DNA of 60,507 nucleotides from Oscillospiraceae bacterium (GTDB lineage: Bacteria > Bacillota > Clostridia > Oscillospirales > Ruminococcaceae), in the NCBI GenBank assembly GCA_902789925.1, contig CADAPX010000001.1, positions 1-60,507 on the forward strand, in the 5' to 3' direction. How positions within the stretch are numbered: the stretch's first letter is position 1; every line of letters begins with the position of its first letter. The position numbers were made by a program, and so were the translations under genes. The notes under the pieces are model-generated. The model saw only the letters and a program-made list of their open reading frames with translations. It did not search any database and was not told the origin of the DNA. Shown here piece after piece: positions 8,785 through 19,954 of the stretch.

Positions 8785-10989
8785 ATGGCGATGGTTCCCA
8801 GCAGGAAGATGAAATTTAAGCTAAACGTTGTTGTTTTAGGGCTGATTGTTTGCGGATTTTTGGTTTTAATCGGAAGAATAGTGTATATTTCTTGTTTTGC
8901 TGAGATTGATGGCGTAAAATATGGAGCTAAGGCATATAACCAGCAGCTTTCTGTCGACAATATTGCGGCTAATCGAGGGGCGATTTACGATCGAAATATG
9001 ATTCCCTTGGCTCAAAGCGCAACTGTTTGGACTGTTTCTTTGGCGCCAAACCAGATCAAAAAAGGCGATGAAGAAAAGATTTCAAGATTCCTCGCTGAGA
9101 CGTTGGGCGTTGAATATGAAAAAATTTTGAAAAAATGTGAATCTAAAACAAAATACGAGATAGTTAAGAAAAAAGTTGAAAAGCCAGATGTTGACAAAAT
9201 TTTAGATTTTATACATAGCAACCATATTTTGGGGATACACATGGTTGAGGACACTAAAAGATATTATCCTATGAGTAATATGGCGGCTCAGACAATTGGC
9301 TTTGTTGGCGGAGATAATCAAGGGCTTCTTGGGATTGAACTTTCATATAACAAAGAGCTTTCTGGAGTTGCGGGAAAGGTCACTGGGGTTCAAAATGCTA
9401 AAGGGGGCCCAATGCCATATGACTATGAGTCATATTATCCTTCTCAGGACGGAAATTCATTGGTTTTGTCGCTAGACAGCACTTTGCAGCACTACTGTGA
9501 TAAGGCTCTTGATGAGGTCATGAAGGTGCGAAAACCTGCAAACAGATGCATGGCGATCATGACCAACGTCAACACGGGTGAAATACTGGCTCTTTCAATC
9601 AAACCTGATTTTGACTTAAACGATCCGTTTGTTCTCCCGCCAATTGACCAGTTTCCCGCGATTGAGGGCAAGTCTGAGGCCGACGCCAGAACAGCTGTTT
9701 GGACCAACAAAGCGGTTTCAGAAACATATGAACCAGGTTCAGTTTTTAAGGTTGTGACGGGGTCTGCGGCTTTGGAGGAAGGAACAATGACGCTGGACAG
9801 CAAATTCCACTGCAACGGATCGTGTGTTGTTGGTGACAGGAAGTTTGGCTGTTGGAGAACATCCGGGCATGGATCCGAAAATTTCACACAGGCCTTTATA
9901 AATTCTTGCAACCCGGCTTTCATAAAAATCGGAGCGTCGCTTGGGCCAAATCTCTTTTTCAGGTATTTTTCTATGTATGGAATGACGGAGAAGACCAAAA
10001 TCGACCTGCCGGGGGAAACCGATTCAATATATGTTAAAGAAAAGGATTTCACTCCCGTCTCGCTTGCTTCGGAATCATTTGGCCAGACCGAGGCGATAAC
10101 TGCTGTTCAGATGATTTCGGCGTTTAATGCTGTTGTCAATGGAGGATATCTCCACACCCCGCATGTCGTCAATCAAGTTCTAGACAGCAATGGAAACGTT
10201 TTGCAAACAATTGGCCCCCAAACAAAGCGCCAAGTCATATCTGAAACAACTTCAAACACTATGAGAGGCGTTTTAGAGGGGGTTGTTAAAGGAATAGACG
10301 GCAAGGGAACAAATGCAAGCATTCCTGGCTATCGAATTATTGGAAAATCCGGAACTGCTCAAAAGCTAAAACATATGCAACAAACCGGCCAAAAAACATA
10401 TGTTAGCTCGTTTGTTGGAGCAATTCCTGCCGAAAAACCACAGTATTCATTAATGGTTTTGATAGACACTCCAACCGACGGAACATATTACGGCGGAACC
10501 ATTGCAAGCCCAGTTTTTGCTAAAATCATGCGAGAAGCTGCTCCATATCTCGGAATAGCTCCGGAATATACACAAGATGAATTGGAACATATTTCGGCTA
10601 TTGTCCCCGCTTGCGAGGGAATGTCTGTTGATGAAGCGCGGGGAAAGCTTCAAAGGTCTGGGTTTAGAAATGTTGAAGTTGTCGGCTCTGGGGGAAATGT
10701 TTTAAACCAAACCCCAAAAACCGGAAACAACGTCAGTCGATCAAACAAAGTGATTTTATACACCGAAAATTTTGAAAATAAGATGATTAGCGTTCCAAAT
10801 CTTTTGGGGCTGAGTCAGGCCGAGGCGAACAACGTTTTGGCGGGATGTGGGCTCAATTTGTCGGTTGAAAATTCCGGAGTTCAAAGCCAAAAAGCAAAGG
10901 CAGTTTCCCAGTCGCCTTCTCCTGGAGAGAGCGTTTTGCGAGGAGCAGTTGTTTCTGTTGAATTTTTAACGGATGATGAGACGGGATGA
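8785..10989 (+). CDS. class B penicillin-binding protein (FtsI/PBP2B/SpoVD type) with C-terminal PASTA domains
   Basis: N-terminal TM segment. Transpeptidase motifs SVFK (SxxK), SCN and KSGTA, plus two PASTA-like repeats near the C-terminus (VPACEGMSVDEARGKL..., VPNLLGLSQAEANNVL...). Confidence 0.9.
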   Translation: MAMVPSRKMKFKLNVVVLGLIVCGFLVLIGRIVYISCFAEIDGVKYGAKAYNQQLSVDNIAANRGAIYDRNMIPLAQSATVWTVSLAPNQIKKGDEEKISRFLAETLGVEYEKILKKCESKTKYEIVKKKVEKPDVDKILDFIHSNHILGIHMVEDTKRYYPMSNMAAQTIGFVGGDNQGLLGIELSYNKELSGVAGKVTGVQNAKGGPMPYDYESYYPSQDGNSLVLSLDSTLQHYCDKALDEVMKVRKPANRCMAIMTNVNTGEILALSIKPDFDLNDPFVLPPIDQFPAIEGKSEADARTAVWTNKAVSETYEPGSVFKVVTGSAALEEGTMTLDSKFHCNGSCVVGDRKFGCWRTSGHGSENFTQAFINSCNPAFIKIGASLGPNLFFRYFSMYGMTEKTKIDLPGETDSIYVKEKDFTPVSLASESFGQTEAITAVQMISAFNAVVNGGYLHTPHVVNQVLDSNGNVLQTIGPQTKRQVISETTSNTMRGVLEGVVKGIDGKGTNASIPGYRIIGKSGTAQKLKHMQQTGQKTYVSSFVGAIPAEKPQYSLMVLIDTPTDGTYYGGTIASPVFAKIMREAAPYLGIAPEYTQDELEHISAIVPACEGMSVDEARGKLQRSGFRNVEVVGSGGNVLNQTPKTGNNVSRSNKVILYTENFENKMISVPNLLGLSQAEANNVLAGCGLNLSVENSGVQSQKAKAVSQSPSPGESVLRGAVVSVEFLTDDETG

Positions 10990-11049
10990 GCGCTTTTTAA
11001 TACATTTAGTCATATTAAATATATTTTGCAGGCAAGAGAGGTTTAGGAT

Positions 11050-12483
11050 TTGAGACTGATTAAACTTTTAGAGGGAATAAACTATAAAGGAGTTGTTGTT
11101 GATTCGGAGGTTTGCTTTTTAACCTGTGATTCAAGGGAGGTTAAAGAGGGATGTGTTTTTGCGTGCCTTGCGGGCGTTAACTTTGATGGCCATGATTATG
11201 CATTTGAGGCCAGTCGCATGGGCGCAGCAGCAATTTTGGTTGAAAAGGATTTGGGAGTTTCAAACCAGATTATCGTTTCAAACACTCACTACGCATATGC
11301 GAAAATGTGTGCTAATTTTTATGGCAACCCTTCAAAAAATTTGAAATTCATCGGAGTCACGGGAACTAACGGCAAGACCACTGTCACCAAAATCATAAAG
11401 AATGTTTTGTCTATGGAAAATAAAAAGGTTGGCTTAATTGGAACAATCCAAAACGAAATTTGCGATATCGCCATAAAAACTGATAAAACAACCCCAGACC
11501 ATTTGCAGTATCAAAGTCTTCTTCGAGAAATGGTTGACAGGGGATGTGAATATGTTGTTATGGAGGTTTCTTCCCATGCTCTTGATCAGGCAAGAATTGC
11601 AGACACAAAATTTGAAATTAGCGTTTTCACAAACCTCTCCCAGGATCACCTTGACTATCACGAAACCATGGAGAAATACTATCAAGCCAAAAAGAAATTG
11701 TTTGATGTTTCGAAAAAAGCTGTTATTTGCCTGGACGATGAGTATGGCAGGAGGCTTGCCAGCGAAATTAAAGGGAAAATAGTCACATTTTCTGCAAAAA
11801 ATAAATCATCCGACTACTGCGCAAGCGATGTTCATATAAGCGCAAATGGTGTTGAATATGAATTAATAGCCGGAAAAGACAAGGGCAAAGTTTGGTTTAA
11901 AACGCCAGGGATGTTTTCCGTATATAATTCTATGGCGGCCGCGATTGCTTGCGTTTTGTTGGGTTGCTCGTTTGATCGCGTTTTAGACGACATATCAAGA
12001 TGCGATCCGGTTAAAGGAAGAAGTGAAAACATTCCAACAGGGAGAGATTTTAACATTATATGCGACTATGCGCACTCGCCTGACGGCCTCAAAAACATTC
12101 TAGATTCCATACACAGCTATTGTCAAGGCAGGGTTGTTGCGCTGTTTGGCTGCGGGGGCGATCGCGACAAGAAAAAGCGGCCAATTATGGGGGAGGTTGC
12201 TGCGAAAAATTCAGATTTTTTGATTGTGACGTCGGATAACCCGCGAACAGAAGACCCGGATGAGATAATAAGTGATATAATGCTTGGGGTTTTAAAAACA
12301 AAAACGCCATATGTTAAAATCACAGATCGCAAGGAGGCAATTAAATATGCGATTGAAAATGCAAAAAAAGACGACGTGATTTTGCTGGCTGGAAAAGGCC
12401 ATGAGGACTATCAAATTGTTGGAAAAAAGAAGTTGTCGCTTGACGAAAGGAGCGTTGTTAAAAAAATTCTTGCTGATCTTTGA
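11050..12483 (+). CDS. murE: UDP-N-acetylmuramoyl-L-alanyl-D-glutamate--2,6-diaminopimelate ligase
   Basis: GVTGTNGKTT P-loop and the DNPR motif (TSDNPRTEDP) typical of meso-DAP-adding MurE. TTG start. Confidence 0.9.
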   Translation: MRLIKLLEGINYKGVVVDSEVCFLTCDSREVKEGCVFACLAGVNFDGHDYAFEASRMGAAAILVEKDLGVSNQIIVSNTHYAYAKMCANFYGNPSKNLKFIGVTGTNGKTTVTKIIKNVLSMENKKVGLIGTIQNEICDIAIKTDKTTPDHLQYQSLLREMVDRGCEYVVMEVSSHALDQARIADTKFEISVFTNLSQDHLDYHETMEKYYQAKKKLFDVSKKAVICLDDEYGRRLASEIKGKIVTFSAKNKSSDYCASDVHISANGVEYELIAGKDKGKVWFKTPGMFSVYNSMAAAIACVLLGCSFDRVLDDISRCDPVKGRSENIPTGRDFNIICDYAHSPDGLKNILDSIHSYCQGRVVALFGCGGDRDKKKRPIMGEVAAKNSDFLIVTSDNPRTEDPDEIISDIMLGVLKTKTPYVKITDRKEAIKYAIENAKKDDVILLAGKGHEDYQIVGKKKLSLDERSVVKKILADL

Positions 12484-12537
12484 TATGTATATGTGGAATC
12501 GCTTGTTTTTTGAATTTTAGTTATTTTTGGGAGGAAA

Positions 12538-13914
12538 ATGGATATGGATCCAATAAAAATTGATGATGTTTTAAAAGCAGTTGGTGGAGTTGCTAAAAAC
12601 GTTTCGTGTAAAGAAATAACCAGTGTTGTGACGGATGATCGAGCGGTTAAAAGGGGATGCGCTTTTGTTGCTCTTAAGGGAGAGCGTTTTGATGGCCATG
12701 ATTTCATACAATCCGCAGTTGAAAAAGGAGCGTCTTTGGTGATAACTGAAAAAGAACAGCTTCTGATTCCTCAAATAATTGTTGAAGACACTCAACGCGC
12801 TCTTTTGGATCTTGCTTATTTAAACAGGTCGCGCTTTTTGGGAATGGTTATTGGGGTTACGGGAAGCGACGGCAAAACAACAACCAAAGAGATGGTTTCA
12901 AGAGTTTTAGGCAGCAAAATGAAAGTTTTAAAAACAGACGGAAATTTAAACAATGAAGTTGGCGTTTCAAAAACTTTGTTTGGACTTGATTCTTCCTATG
13001 GTGCTGCTGTTGTTGAAATGGGCATGTGTAACACTGGGGACATTTTAGTTTTGAGTCAGGCAGCAAAACCAACTCTTGGAATAATAACAAATGTTGGCGT
13101 TTCGCATATGGAAAATTTTGAATCACGTGATGGAATTTTAAAGACTAAACTGGAAATATTGGAATATATGCCAAAAGGATCAACTTTAATTGTTGGCGGC
13201 GATAATGATAAGCTCAAAGATTTAATTCTGCCAAACCACAAAATTGTCAAATGCGGAATTCAAAACAAAAATTGTGAATACTATGCATATAACATAAAAA
13301 CTGATGGCTCAAAAACGGAATTTGATATAAGATATGGCAAAAATGTTGAGCATGTTTTGATTCCGATTCTTGGAAACCACAATGTCATTAATGCGCTTTT
13401 TGCCTTTGCTGTTGGGATTATTGCAAAAATTGAGCCAAAAAATATTGCCCAGGCTTTGAGCGAATATAGGGGAATTGGCATGAGGCAAAAGGTTTTTGAA
13501 GTTGGCGGCGCAACAGTCATCGCTGATTGCTATAACGCAAGCCCAGAATCCATGAAAGCAGCAATAACTTCCCTGATGACGATTTCTTGCTCGGGTCGAA
13601 GGATTGCTGTTTTGGGTGATATGCTGGAGCTGGGAGCGATATCAAAATCGGCTCATCGAGAATTGGGAGAGATTGCTTTTAAATTTGGCGTTGATTTAAT
13701 ATATTGCTATGGAGACCAAGCAAGGGAGATATATGAAGGGGCTTTGAGCTGCTGTGAGCAAAATTCGGCGCAAAAAATTTGGCATTTTAAAACCAAGGGG
13801 GATTTGATTGAAAAGCTTGAATCCGAGGTCAAATCGGGGGATGTTGTTTTATTTAAGGCCAGTCGGCGCATGCGATTTGAAGACATAATTGAAGCTGTTT
13901 TTAATCGGATATGA
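12538..13914 (+). CDS. murF: UDP-N-acetylmuramoyl-tripeptide--D-alanyl-D-alanine ligase
   Basis: GVTGSDGKTTTKEM P-loop and Mur ligase middle and C-terminal domains. The start could be the second ATG at 12544, which is better spaced from gggagg. Confidence 0.9.
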   Translation: MDMDPIKIDDVLKAVGGVAKNVSCKEITSVVTDDRAVKRGCAFVALKGERFDGHDFIQSAVEKGASLVITEKEQLLIPQIIVEDTQRALLDLAYLNRSRFLGMVIGVTGSDGKTTTKEMVSRVLGSKMKVLKTDGNLNNEVGVSKTLFGLDSSYGAAVVEMGMCNTGDILVLSQAAKPTLGIITNVGVSHMENFESRDGILKTKLEILEYMPKGSTLIVGGDNDKLKDLILPNHKIVKCGIQNKNCEYYAYNIKTDGSKTEFDIRYGKNVEHVLIPILGNHNVINALFAFAVGIIAKIEPKNIAQALSEYRGIGMRQKVFEVGGATVIADCYNASPESMKAAITSLMTISCSGRRIAVLGDMLELGAISKSAHRELGEIAFKFGVDLIYCYGDQAREIYEGALSCCEQNSAQKIWHFKTKGDLIEKLESEVKSGDVVLFKASRRMRFEDIIEAVFNRI

Positions 13915-13935
13915 CCCTGAAAGGACGAAAATTTT

Positions 13936-14934
13936 ATGATTTTTATGGCGGTTTTTATAGCAATACTGACCTCTTTTTTAGCGACGTCTTTGCTGGGAAT
14001 AGTTATATTGCCGGTTTTAAAGCGGCTCAAAGTTGGGCAATCAATCAAGGAGATCGGGCCGAAGTGGCATCTTAGCAAAAACGGAACGCCAACCATGGGA
14101 GGCATTTTGTTCATCATCGGGATTATCCTTGGGATACTTTTTGCGTATTATTTCGCTCAAATATCAAAGGACAGTTTGGATGATTTTGAAAGCTGCGATT
14201 TAATAAGACTTTGGGCAGGGGTTTTTTGTTCGCTTGGGCTTGCTGCTGTTGGCTTTGTTGACGACTATATTAAAGTTGTTCGGCGCCAAAATCAAGGGCT
14301 TTTCGCAATTCAAAAGACTTTATTTCAGTTTGTCATAATCATATCCTATTTTTTAACGCTCATGATGAACGGCTGTTTGAGCACGATTGTTGCCATACCC
14401 CTGGTTGGATCGGTCAATTTTGGAATATTTTACTACATAATTTCTATTTTGGGAATATATGGCGTTGTTAATGCGGTTAATTTGACGGATGGGGTTGATG
14501 GCCTGGCAAGCTCCGTGACGGCTGTATATGCAATAGTTTTTATGCTGATTTCGAACTACCTATCTTTTTACACAATGAACATTTTGGCAGCTGCGCTTTG
14601 TGGGGGATGTTTGGGATTTTTAGTTTGGAATTTCCATCCTGCCAAAGTTTTTATGGGCGACACAGGCTCTATGTTTTTGGGGGGGATGGTTGTTTCTCTG
14701 GGATTTGGCCTGAATCAACCAATTCTCATCATAGTTGTTGGGATAATATATATCGTCGAGGCAATGTCTGTTGTTATACAGGTTGCAAGCTTTAAATTAA
14801 CCGGGAAAAGGGTCTTTAAAATGAGCCCGATCCACCATCACTTCGAAATGTGCGGGTGGGGAGAAGTCAAAATTGTTATGGTTTTTTCGATTGTTACGGC
14901 GATTTTTGGTTGTTTGGCAAAATTTTTCATATAG
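13936..14934 (+). CDS. mraY: phospho-N-acetylmuramoyl-pentapeptide transferase
   Basis: Polytopic membrane protein with [19 protein letters not shown] and HHHFE motifs. Confidence 0.95.
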   Translation: MIFMAVFIAILTSFLATSLLGIVILPVLKRLKVGQSIKEIGPKWHLSKNGTPTMGGILFIIGIILGILFAYYFAQISKDSLDDFESCDLIRLWAGVFCSLGLAAVGFVDDYIKVVRRQNQGLFAIQKTLFQFVIIISYFLTLMMNGCLSTIVAIPLVGSVNFGIFYYIISILGIYGVVNAVNLTDGVDGLASSVTAVYAIVFMLISNYLSFYTMNILAAALCGGCLGFLVWNFHPAKVFMGDTGSMFLGGMVVSLGFGLNQPILIIVVGIIYIVEAMSVVIQVASFKLTGKRVFKMSPIHHHFEMCGWGEVKIVMVFSIVTAIFGCLAKFFI

Positions 14935-14987
14935 TTTTAAATATGCTAAATTATACGTATAGAAATTTCTTTGTGGGGGGGCAGATC

Positions 14988-16220
14988 ATGAGAAAAAGCA
15001 TTAGGACCAAACCTTTAAAGCCTTCTTTTAATTTTAAATCTGTTGGGAAAAAATCCACAGGTTTTAGCAGCGGCTCTCGGGCTATGGATCCTGTCTTTTT
15101 GATCTTGGTTTTTATATTGCTGGCGTTTGGTCTTGTCATGCTTTTTTCTGCAAGTTTTGCCAGAGCATATTACTATAAACAAGGAAACAGCTTTCATTTT
15201 ATTTTCAAGCAATCAATCCACGCAGCTTTGGGGCTTTTGGCGATGTTTTTTTTGTCTAAAATAGACTATAATAAGCTTAAAAAGTTCGCGATGCCGCTTT
15301 TTTTGATTTCGCTTTGTCTTTTGGTTGTTGTTTTGTTCATGAAAGGAGACTCAAATGGAATAAAGAGATGGATTCAATTCGGGCCTTTTTTTCAGTTTCA
15401 GCCGTCGGAATTGATGAAATTTTCGCTGATTTTGCTCTTTTCGTCGATGATTTCCGCAAACCAAAGCAAAATGAAAACTTTTGGGTTTGGCGTTTTATTG
15501 TTTTCAACCCTGCTTGGAATAGTTGTTTCTTTGATGTATCTTGAGCCGCATCTTTCAGGGATAATTTTGATGTGTTCAATAGCGGGAGTTATGATGTTTG
15601 TCGGGGGGACCAGGCCGCGGTGGTTCATAATTTTGTTTTTGATTGCGGGAGCTGCTCTTGTCTATATATTGTTTTTCAAAGGAAACTATATGGGAGGGCG
15701 TGTATATTATTGGCTTCATCCCTTTTCCGACCCGATAAAAAACACCATGCAGACAGATCAAAGTTTGCTTGCAATTGGGTCTGGAGGCGTTTTTGGATTG
15801 GGCCTTGGGCGATCTCGGCAAAAGTTTATGTATCTCCCGGAGGTTCACAATGACTTCATATTTGCGGTTATTTGCGAGGAGCTGGGAATTGTTGGAGCGG
15901 TTGTTGTTATTGTCTTGTTTTTGCTTTTTTGCTATAAAGGCTTTGAGATTGCGTCTAAATCAAAAGACAAATTTGGAACCTTGCTTTGCGCGGGAATTGT
16001 TGCTCAATTTGGAATTCAAGCCATGTTTAATATCGCGGTTGTCACTGCAACAGTTCCAAACACTGGGATCAGCCTGCCGTTTTTCAGCTATGGAGGAACG
16101 GCGCTTGCGATGCAGCTTGCTGAGATGGGGGTTGTCCTTTCAGTTTCAAGGCATGCGCTGACGCCTAAATTATCCGGCATTTCGAGGCCTTTAGGAAAGC
16201 TTCGAAAAATCAGAGGATAG
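14988..16220 (+). CDS. ftsW: SEDS-family peptidoglycan glycosyltransferase FtsW/SpoVE
   Basis: SEDS motifs FQPSELMK, PEVHNDFIF and LPFFSYGGT. The ATG at 14988 follows a G-rich SD; the longer ORF from 14850 would overlap mraY by 85 nt. Confidence 0.9.
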   Translation: MRKSIRTKPLKPSFNFKSVGKKSTGFSSGSRAMDPVFLILVFILLAFGLVMLFSASFARAYYYKQGNSFHFIFKQSIHAALGLLAMFFLSKIDYNKLKKFAMPLFLISLCLLVVVLFMKGDSNGIKRWIQFGPFFQFQPSELMKFSLILLFSSMISANQSKMKTFGFGVLLFSTLLGIVVSLMYLEPHLSGIILMCSIAGVMMFVGGTRPRWFIILFLIAGAALVYILFFKGNYMGGRVYYWLHPFSDPIKNTMQTDQSLLAIGSGGVFGLGLGRSRQKFMYLPEVHNDFIFAVICEELGIVGAVVVIVLFLLFCYKGFEIASKSKDKFGTLLCAGIVAQFGIQAMFNIAVVTATVPNTGISLPFFSYGGTALAMQLAEMGVVLSVSRHALTPKLSGISRPLGKLRKIRG

Positions 16221-16266
16221 GAAAAAGTGGTATATTTTTTAAACCTTGATAAACGGAGGCGAGAAT

Positions 16267-17379
16267 ATGAACATACTTTTTGCTGCTGGGGGAACAGCGG
16301 GGCATATTAATCCTGCCATTGCGATTGCGGACTATTTTAGGGATAACCTTAAAGGTGTTAACATATGTTTTGCGGGAACTCCGAAGGGAATGGAGTCGAC
16401 TTTGGTCCCCCAGGCAGGGTATGACTTTGTTTCAATGAGGGTTCGTGGATTTCAAAGAAAACCGTCTTTAAAGAATTTTTTCAGGAATGTGGATGCGCTT
16501 TATTTGCTTGCTCTGTCGCGATTTAGCGCAAAAAGCATCATACGTAAGTTTGGGCCGGATATTGTTATTGGAACGGGGGGATATGTTTCTGGGCCAATCC
16601 TTCTCGAAGCAAACAAAATGGGAATAAAAACTGCGATCCATGAGCAAAATGCCTATCCCGGAGTCACGAACAAAGTCCTTGCCAAAAGAGCAGACATCGT
16701 CTTTTTGGCGGTTGAGGAAGCTAAAAAAAGGCTGCCTGAATGTCGATCTGTCGTTGTTGGAAATCCTGTCAGGAAAAACGTTTTAGAAAAAAATAAATCC
16801 CAGGCAAGAAAAATTTTAAAAATGGATGATAATTTTTGCATATTGTCATTTGGAGGAAGTTTAGGCGCGGTTAAAGTCAATGAAATCGCAGCAGATTTGA
16901 TGGCGTGGCACAGTGCTTTCAGAAAAATAAACCACATCCACGCTATGGGACGGCTTGGGAGAGGATGTTTTCCGAAAATGCTTGAAGAGCGCGGGGTTGA
17001 TTTGAAAAAAAATCCAAGAATTGACGTTCGAGACTATATACACGATATGGATATATGTCTGGCGGCTGCAGATTTGGTTATTTGCAGGGCGGGCGCTTTG
17101 ACTCTTGCTGAACTTGAAGCAACAGCAAAGCCTTCAATTTTGATTCCTTCTCCAAACGTCGCTGAAAACCATCAGTATTATAATGCCATTGTTTTGCAAA
17201 ATAGGGGGGCTGCGGTTGTTGTTGAAGAAAAGTCATATGACAAAAATTTTTTAATACAAACTGTCAAATCCTTTTATGAAGACAAAAATAAATTGCGAGA
17301 GTATAGCAAAAATGCAGCTAAAATTGCCATATTCGACACCCCTAAAAGAGTTTTTGAGCATGTTATGAATTTGTTTTGA
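16267..17379 (+). CDS. murG: undecaprenyldiphospho-muramoylpentapeptide beta-N-acetylglucosaminyltransferase
   Basis: MNILFAAGGTAGHINPA N-terminus and a GT28 C-terminal domain (RAGALTLAELE). SD ggagg lies upstream of the ATG at 16267. Confidence 0.95.
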   Translation: MNILFAAGGTAGHINPAIAIADYFRDNLKGVNICFAGTPKGMESTLVPQAGYDFVSMRVRGFQRKPSLKNFFRNVDALYLLALSRFSAKSIIRKFGPDIVIGTGGYVSGPILLEANKMGIKTAIHEQNAYPGVTNKVLAKRADIVFLAVEEAKKRLPECRSVVVGNPVRKNVLEKNKSQARKILKMDDNFCILSFGGSLGAVKVNEIAADLMAWHSAFRKINHIHAMGRLGRGCFPKMLEERGVDLKKNPRIDVRDYIHDMDICLAAADLVICRAGALTLAELEATAKPSILIPSPNVAENHQYYNAIVLQNRGAAVVVEEKSYDKNFLIQTVKSFYEDKNKLREYSKNAAKIAIFDTPKRVFEHVMNLF

Positions 17380-17505
17380 TATTATGAAATATGGCTTTAA
17401 ATTGAAAATATGTGATTTAAGTTATATATTTTAAAAAGACTCACCCAAATTTTGCAATATGCATAAAATAAGCTGTATAGTTACTGTGCAGCGGGGTGGT
17501 TATGA

Positions 17506-18762
17506 ATGGAAAAAATAGTTGTAGATGGAGGAAGAAAGCTTGAGGGGGAGGCTCATGTTCAAGGGTCAAAAAACGCAAGTTTGCCGATAATTGGCGCAAC
17601 AATACTCACTGGCGGTGAAAATGTCCTACATATGTGCCCGATTTTGAAAGACACAATCACCGCGTGCGAAATTTTAAATTTGCTTGGATGCAAAACTGTT
17701 TGGCAGGGAAAAACCTTGATAATCGATTCTGGCGGAGTTTGTCGGAATGAAATTTCCAAATGCTTGATGAACAAAATGAGATCATCAATAATATTTTTGG
17801 GAGCAATATTGGCAAGATGCGGGGAAGCGACGGTCTATTTTCCGGGGGGATGTGATATAGGCAGCAGGCCAATCGATCTCCACATAGCGTCTTTAAAAAA
17901 GATGGGAGTTGAAATTTCTGAAAGCTGTGGAGAATTGCGGTGTAGGGTTTCGGGCTCAAGGATCCATGGCGCTGAGATATTTTTGTCATTTCCAAGCGTT
18001 GGAGCAACCGAAAACATTTTGCTGGCTGCGGCGACAGCTCGCGGAGAAACCGTGATAAATAATGCTGCAATTGAGCCTGAAATAAAGGATCTTTGCGACT
18101 ATTTAAATAAATGTGGCGCAAAAATATTTGGAGGCGGAACGCAGGTTATTCGAATTAAAGGGGTTGAAAAATTAACGCCATGCGAGTATAATATTATGCC
18201 AGACAGGATTGTTGCTGCAACGCTTCTTTGTGGAGTTGCTGTCACGGGGGGCGAAGTTTTGCTAAATTCGGTTCGTCCGAGTCATTTAAGCTCTGTTTTG
18301 CCCGTTTTAGCTGACATGGGATGTGTGGTGCGCGCATGTGAAAACACTATTTTTCTTAAGGCTAAAAATTTTTTGATTTCTTCTTCGCCGATTCGAACCA
18401 TGCCATATCCCGGCTTTCCAACCGATCTTCAACCGATAATGATGGCGCTTGCGTGTGTTTCCAGAGGGACAACAATCTTTGTTGAAACAATTTTTGAAAA
18501 TCGCTTCAGGCATGTTCCCGAGCTCAGGCGTTTGGGCGCTTCAATCAAAATTGAGGGAAGGGTTGCTGTTGTTGAAGGTGTTAAAATGCTTCGAGGAGCT
18601 TCTGTATATGCAACTGATTTGAGGGGAGGGGCTTCTTTGCTGGTTGCAGCTTTAGCGGCGGCTGGGAAAACTGAAATTTTTAAGGTTTGTTATATAGACA
18701 GAGGCTATGAAAAAATCGAACAGCAATTTTCGAAATTGGGTGCGAGTGTTTTTCGGGTATAG
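17506..18762 (+). CDS. murA: UDP-N-acetylglucosamine 1-carboxyvinyltransferase
   Basis: VQGSKNASLP and GGCDIGSRPIDLH (catalytic Cys loop), with an EPSP-synthase-like fold pattern. Confidence 0.95.
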   Translation: MEKIVVDGGRKLEGEAHVQGSKNASLPIIGATILTGGENVLHMCPILKDTITACEILNLLGCKTVWQGKTLIIDSGGVCRNEISKCLMNKMRSSIIFLGAILARCGEATVYFPGGCDIGSRPIDLHIASLKKMGVEISESCGELRCRVSGSRIHGAEIFLSFPSVGATENILLAAATARGETVINNAAIEPEIKDLCDYLNKCGAKIFGGGTQVIRIKGVEKLTPCEYNIMPDRIVAATLLCGVAVTGGEVLLNSVRPSHLSSVLPVLADMGCVVRACENTIFLKAKNFLISSSPIRTMPYPGFPTDLQPIMMALACVSRGTTIFVETIFENRFRHVPELRRLGASIKIEGRVAVVEGVKMLRGASVYATDLRGGASLLVAALAAAGKTEIFKVCYIDRGYEKIEQQFSKLGASVFRV

Positions 18763-18808
18763 GTTTAATTTTTAAATATATAACAGCTTAAATAAATAAG
18801 GGGAAGAG

Positions 18809-19618
18809 ATGAAAAAAACAAAGAGAGCCAAGATAAATTCCAGGGAGATTGCAAAGCTCAAAAGTTGTGGGATGAGGAAAAGGCGCAAAAAAAGAGCATA
18901 TGTTTTATATTATATTCTAATTTTTATTATTTTTTTGACAATAAGCATATCTTTATCACTAACTGTTTTTTTTAATATTGATGCGATTGAAATTAGACAT
19001 ACTGGAAAATATTCGACTGACGACATTTTGGCTGCCAGCGAAGTTAAAGTTGGAGACAATTTGTTGAGAGTGAATCTCGAAAAGACGGGGGAACGCATAT
19101 TAAATTCCTGTTTAGAGTTGGAAAAAGTTAACGTTAAGCGATCATTTCCGAATAAATTGATTATTGACTGCGAACCATGTGAATTAAAGTTTTGCTATCA
19201 AAAAAATGACGGCCGATATATATATATATCCAGGTATGGACGAATTGTTGAACCAGATCAGCCTTGCTTTAAAAGTGGCTTGATGATTTTGAAAATAGAT
19301 GGTGAAGATCCACAAAATTATCAAAAAGGCGAATATTTTCAAATATCGAAAGAAAATAAAACAAAGATTGACAATTTAATTAGTATTATTGATAATGTTG
19401 GACTTAAAGATGTCAGTGAAATTGAACTTTATGGAAATGGAGCGCATGTTACATATCAAAATCGTGTTATTATCGACATTTTTGACATGTCAAACGCCCA
19501 ATATATGATCAAGATGGCTGCTAATATATTAGACGAATATATAGGAATAAACGAAAATGGAAGAATATTTTTAGATTTTTCGACTCAATCTGTTCATTTT
19601 TTACCAGAAAAATGCTAA
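18809..19618 (+). CDS. ftsQ: cell division protein FtsQ/DivIB (POTRA domain)
   Basis: Basic N-terminus, one TM segment (VLYYILIFIIFLTISISLSLTVFF), then a POTRA-like segment (IEIRHTGKYSTDDILAASEVKVGDNLL). Located in the dcw cluster. Confidence 0.75.
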   Translation: MKKTKRAKINSREIAKLKSCGMRKRRKKRAYVLYYILIFIIFLTISISLSLTVFFNIDAIEIRHTGKYSTDDILAASEVKVGDNLLRVNLEKTGERILNSCLELEKVNVKRSFPNKLIIDCEPCELKFCYQKNDGRYIYISRYGRIVEPDQPCFKSGLMILKIDGEDPQNYQKGEYFQISKENKTKIDNLISIIDNVGLKDVSEIELYGNGAHVTYQNRVIIDIFDMSNAQYMIKMAANILDEYIGINENGRIFLDFSTQSVHFLPEKC

Positions 19619-19954
19619 GTAAAACTTGTGATTGAGGAAATTAAAAAAAAGACACACGGTTTAAACGGAATAATATATTACAAATCGTTGTTAGATTTTG
19701 TTTTGGCAAATTAATTTTAGAACATTGAATTTGTGAATCCAAAAAAAATTTAATTAAATTGACAAAAAACTGTTGAAATTGACTTTTTTGTGTGTTATCA
19801 TAAGTGTTGTGCGGTATGGTTATGTGAAATTTTGTTATTTTAGTTCGCTTAATTTGTGGCGATGAAATATATATTAACAAAATACTAGGTTTTATTCTAC
19901 CTAACTCTAAAATATGAGACATTGCAAAAGTTTGGCGTATAGGAGGAAGCGGTT

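Noticed and set aside
14850-14987. N-terminal extensions offered by the ORF track (ftsW from 14850, rnhA from 47000, cmk from 24227, murG from 16246, the RpiR regulator from 22116, paralog 1 from 38881, glmS from 6019).
   Set aside because: The extensions overlap upstream genes or lack an SD, and their sequence is not family-like. The internal starts give canonical N-termini (for example MCGIVGY for glmS and MNILFAAGGTAGH for murG) with properly spaced SDs.
19619-19954. Hidden or degraded ftsA in the ftsQ-ftsZ gap.
   Set aside because: The gap is only 335 bp, AT-rich, has stops in all frames, and contains promoter-like hexamers. It cannot hold even a fragment with recognisable actin-fold motifs.
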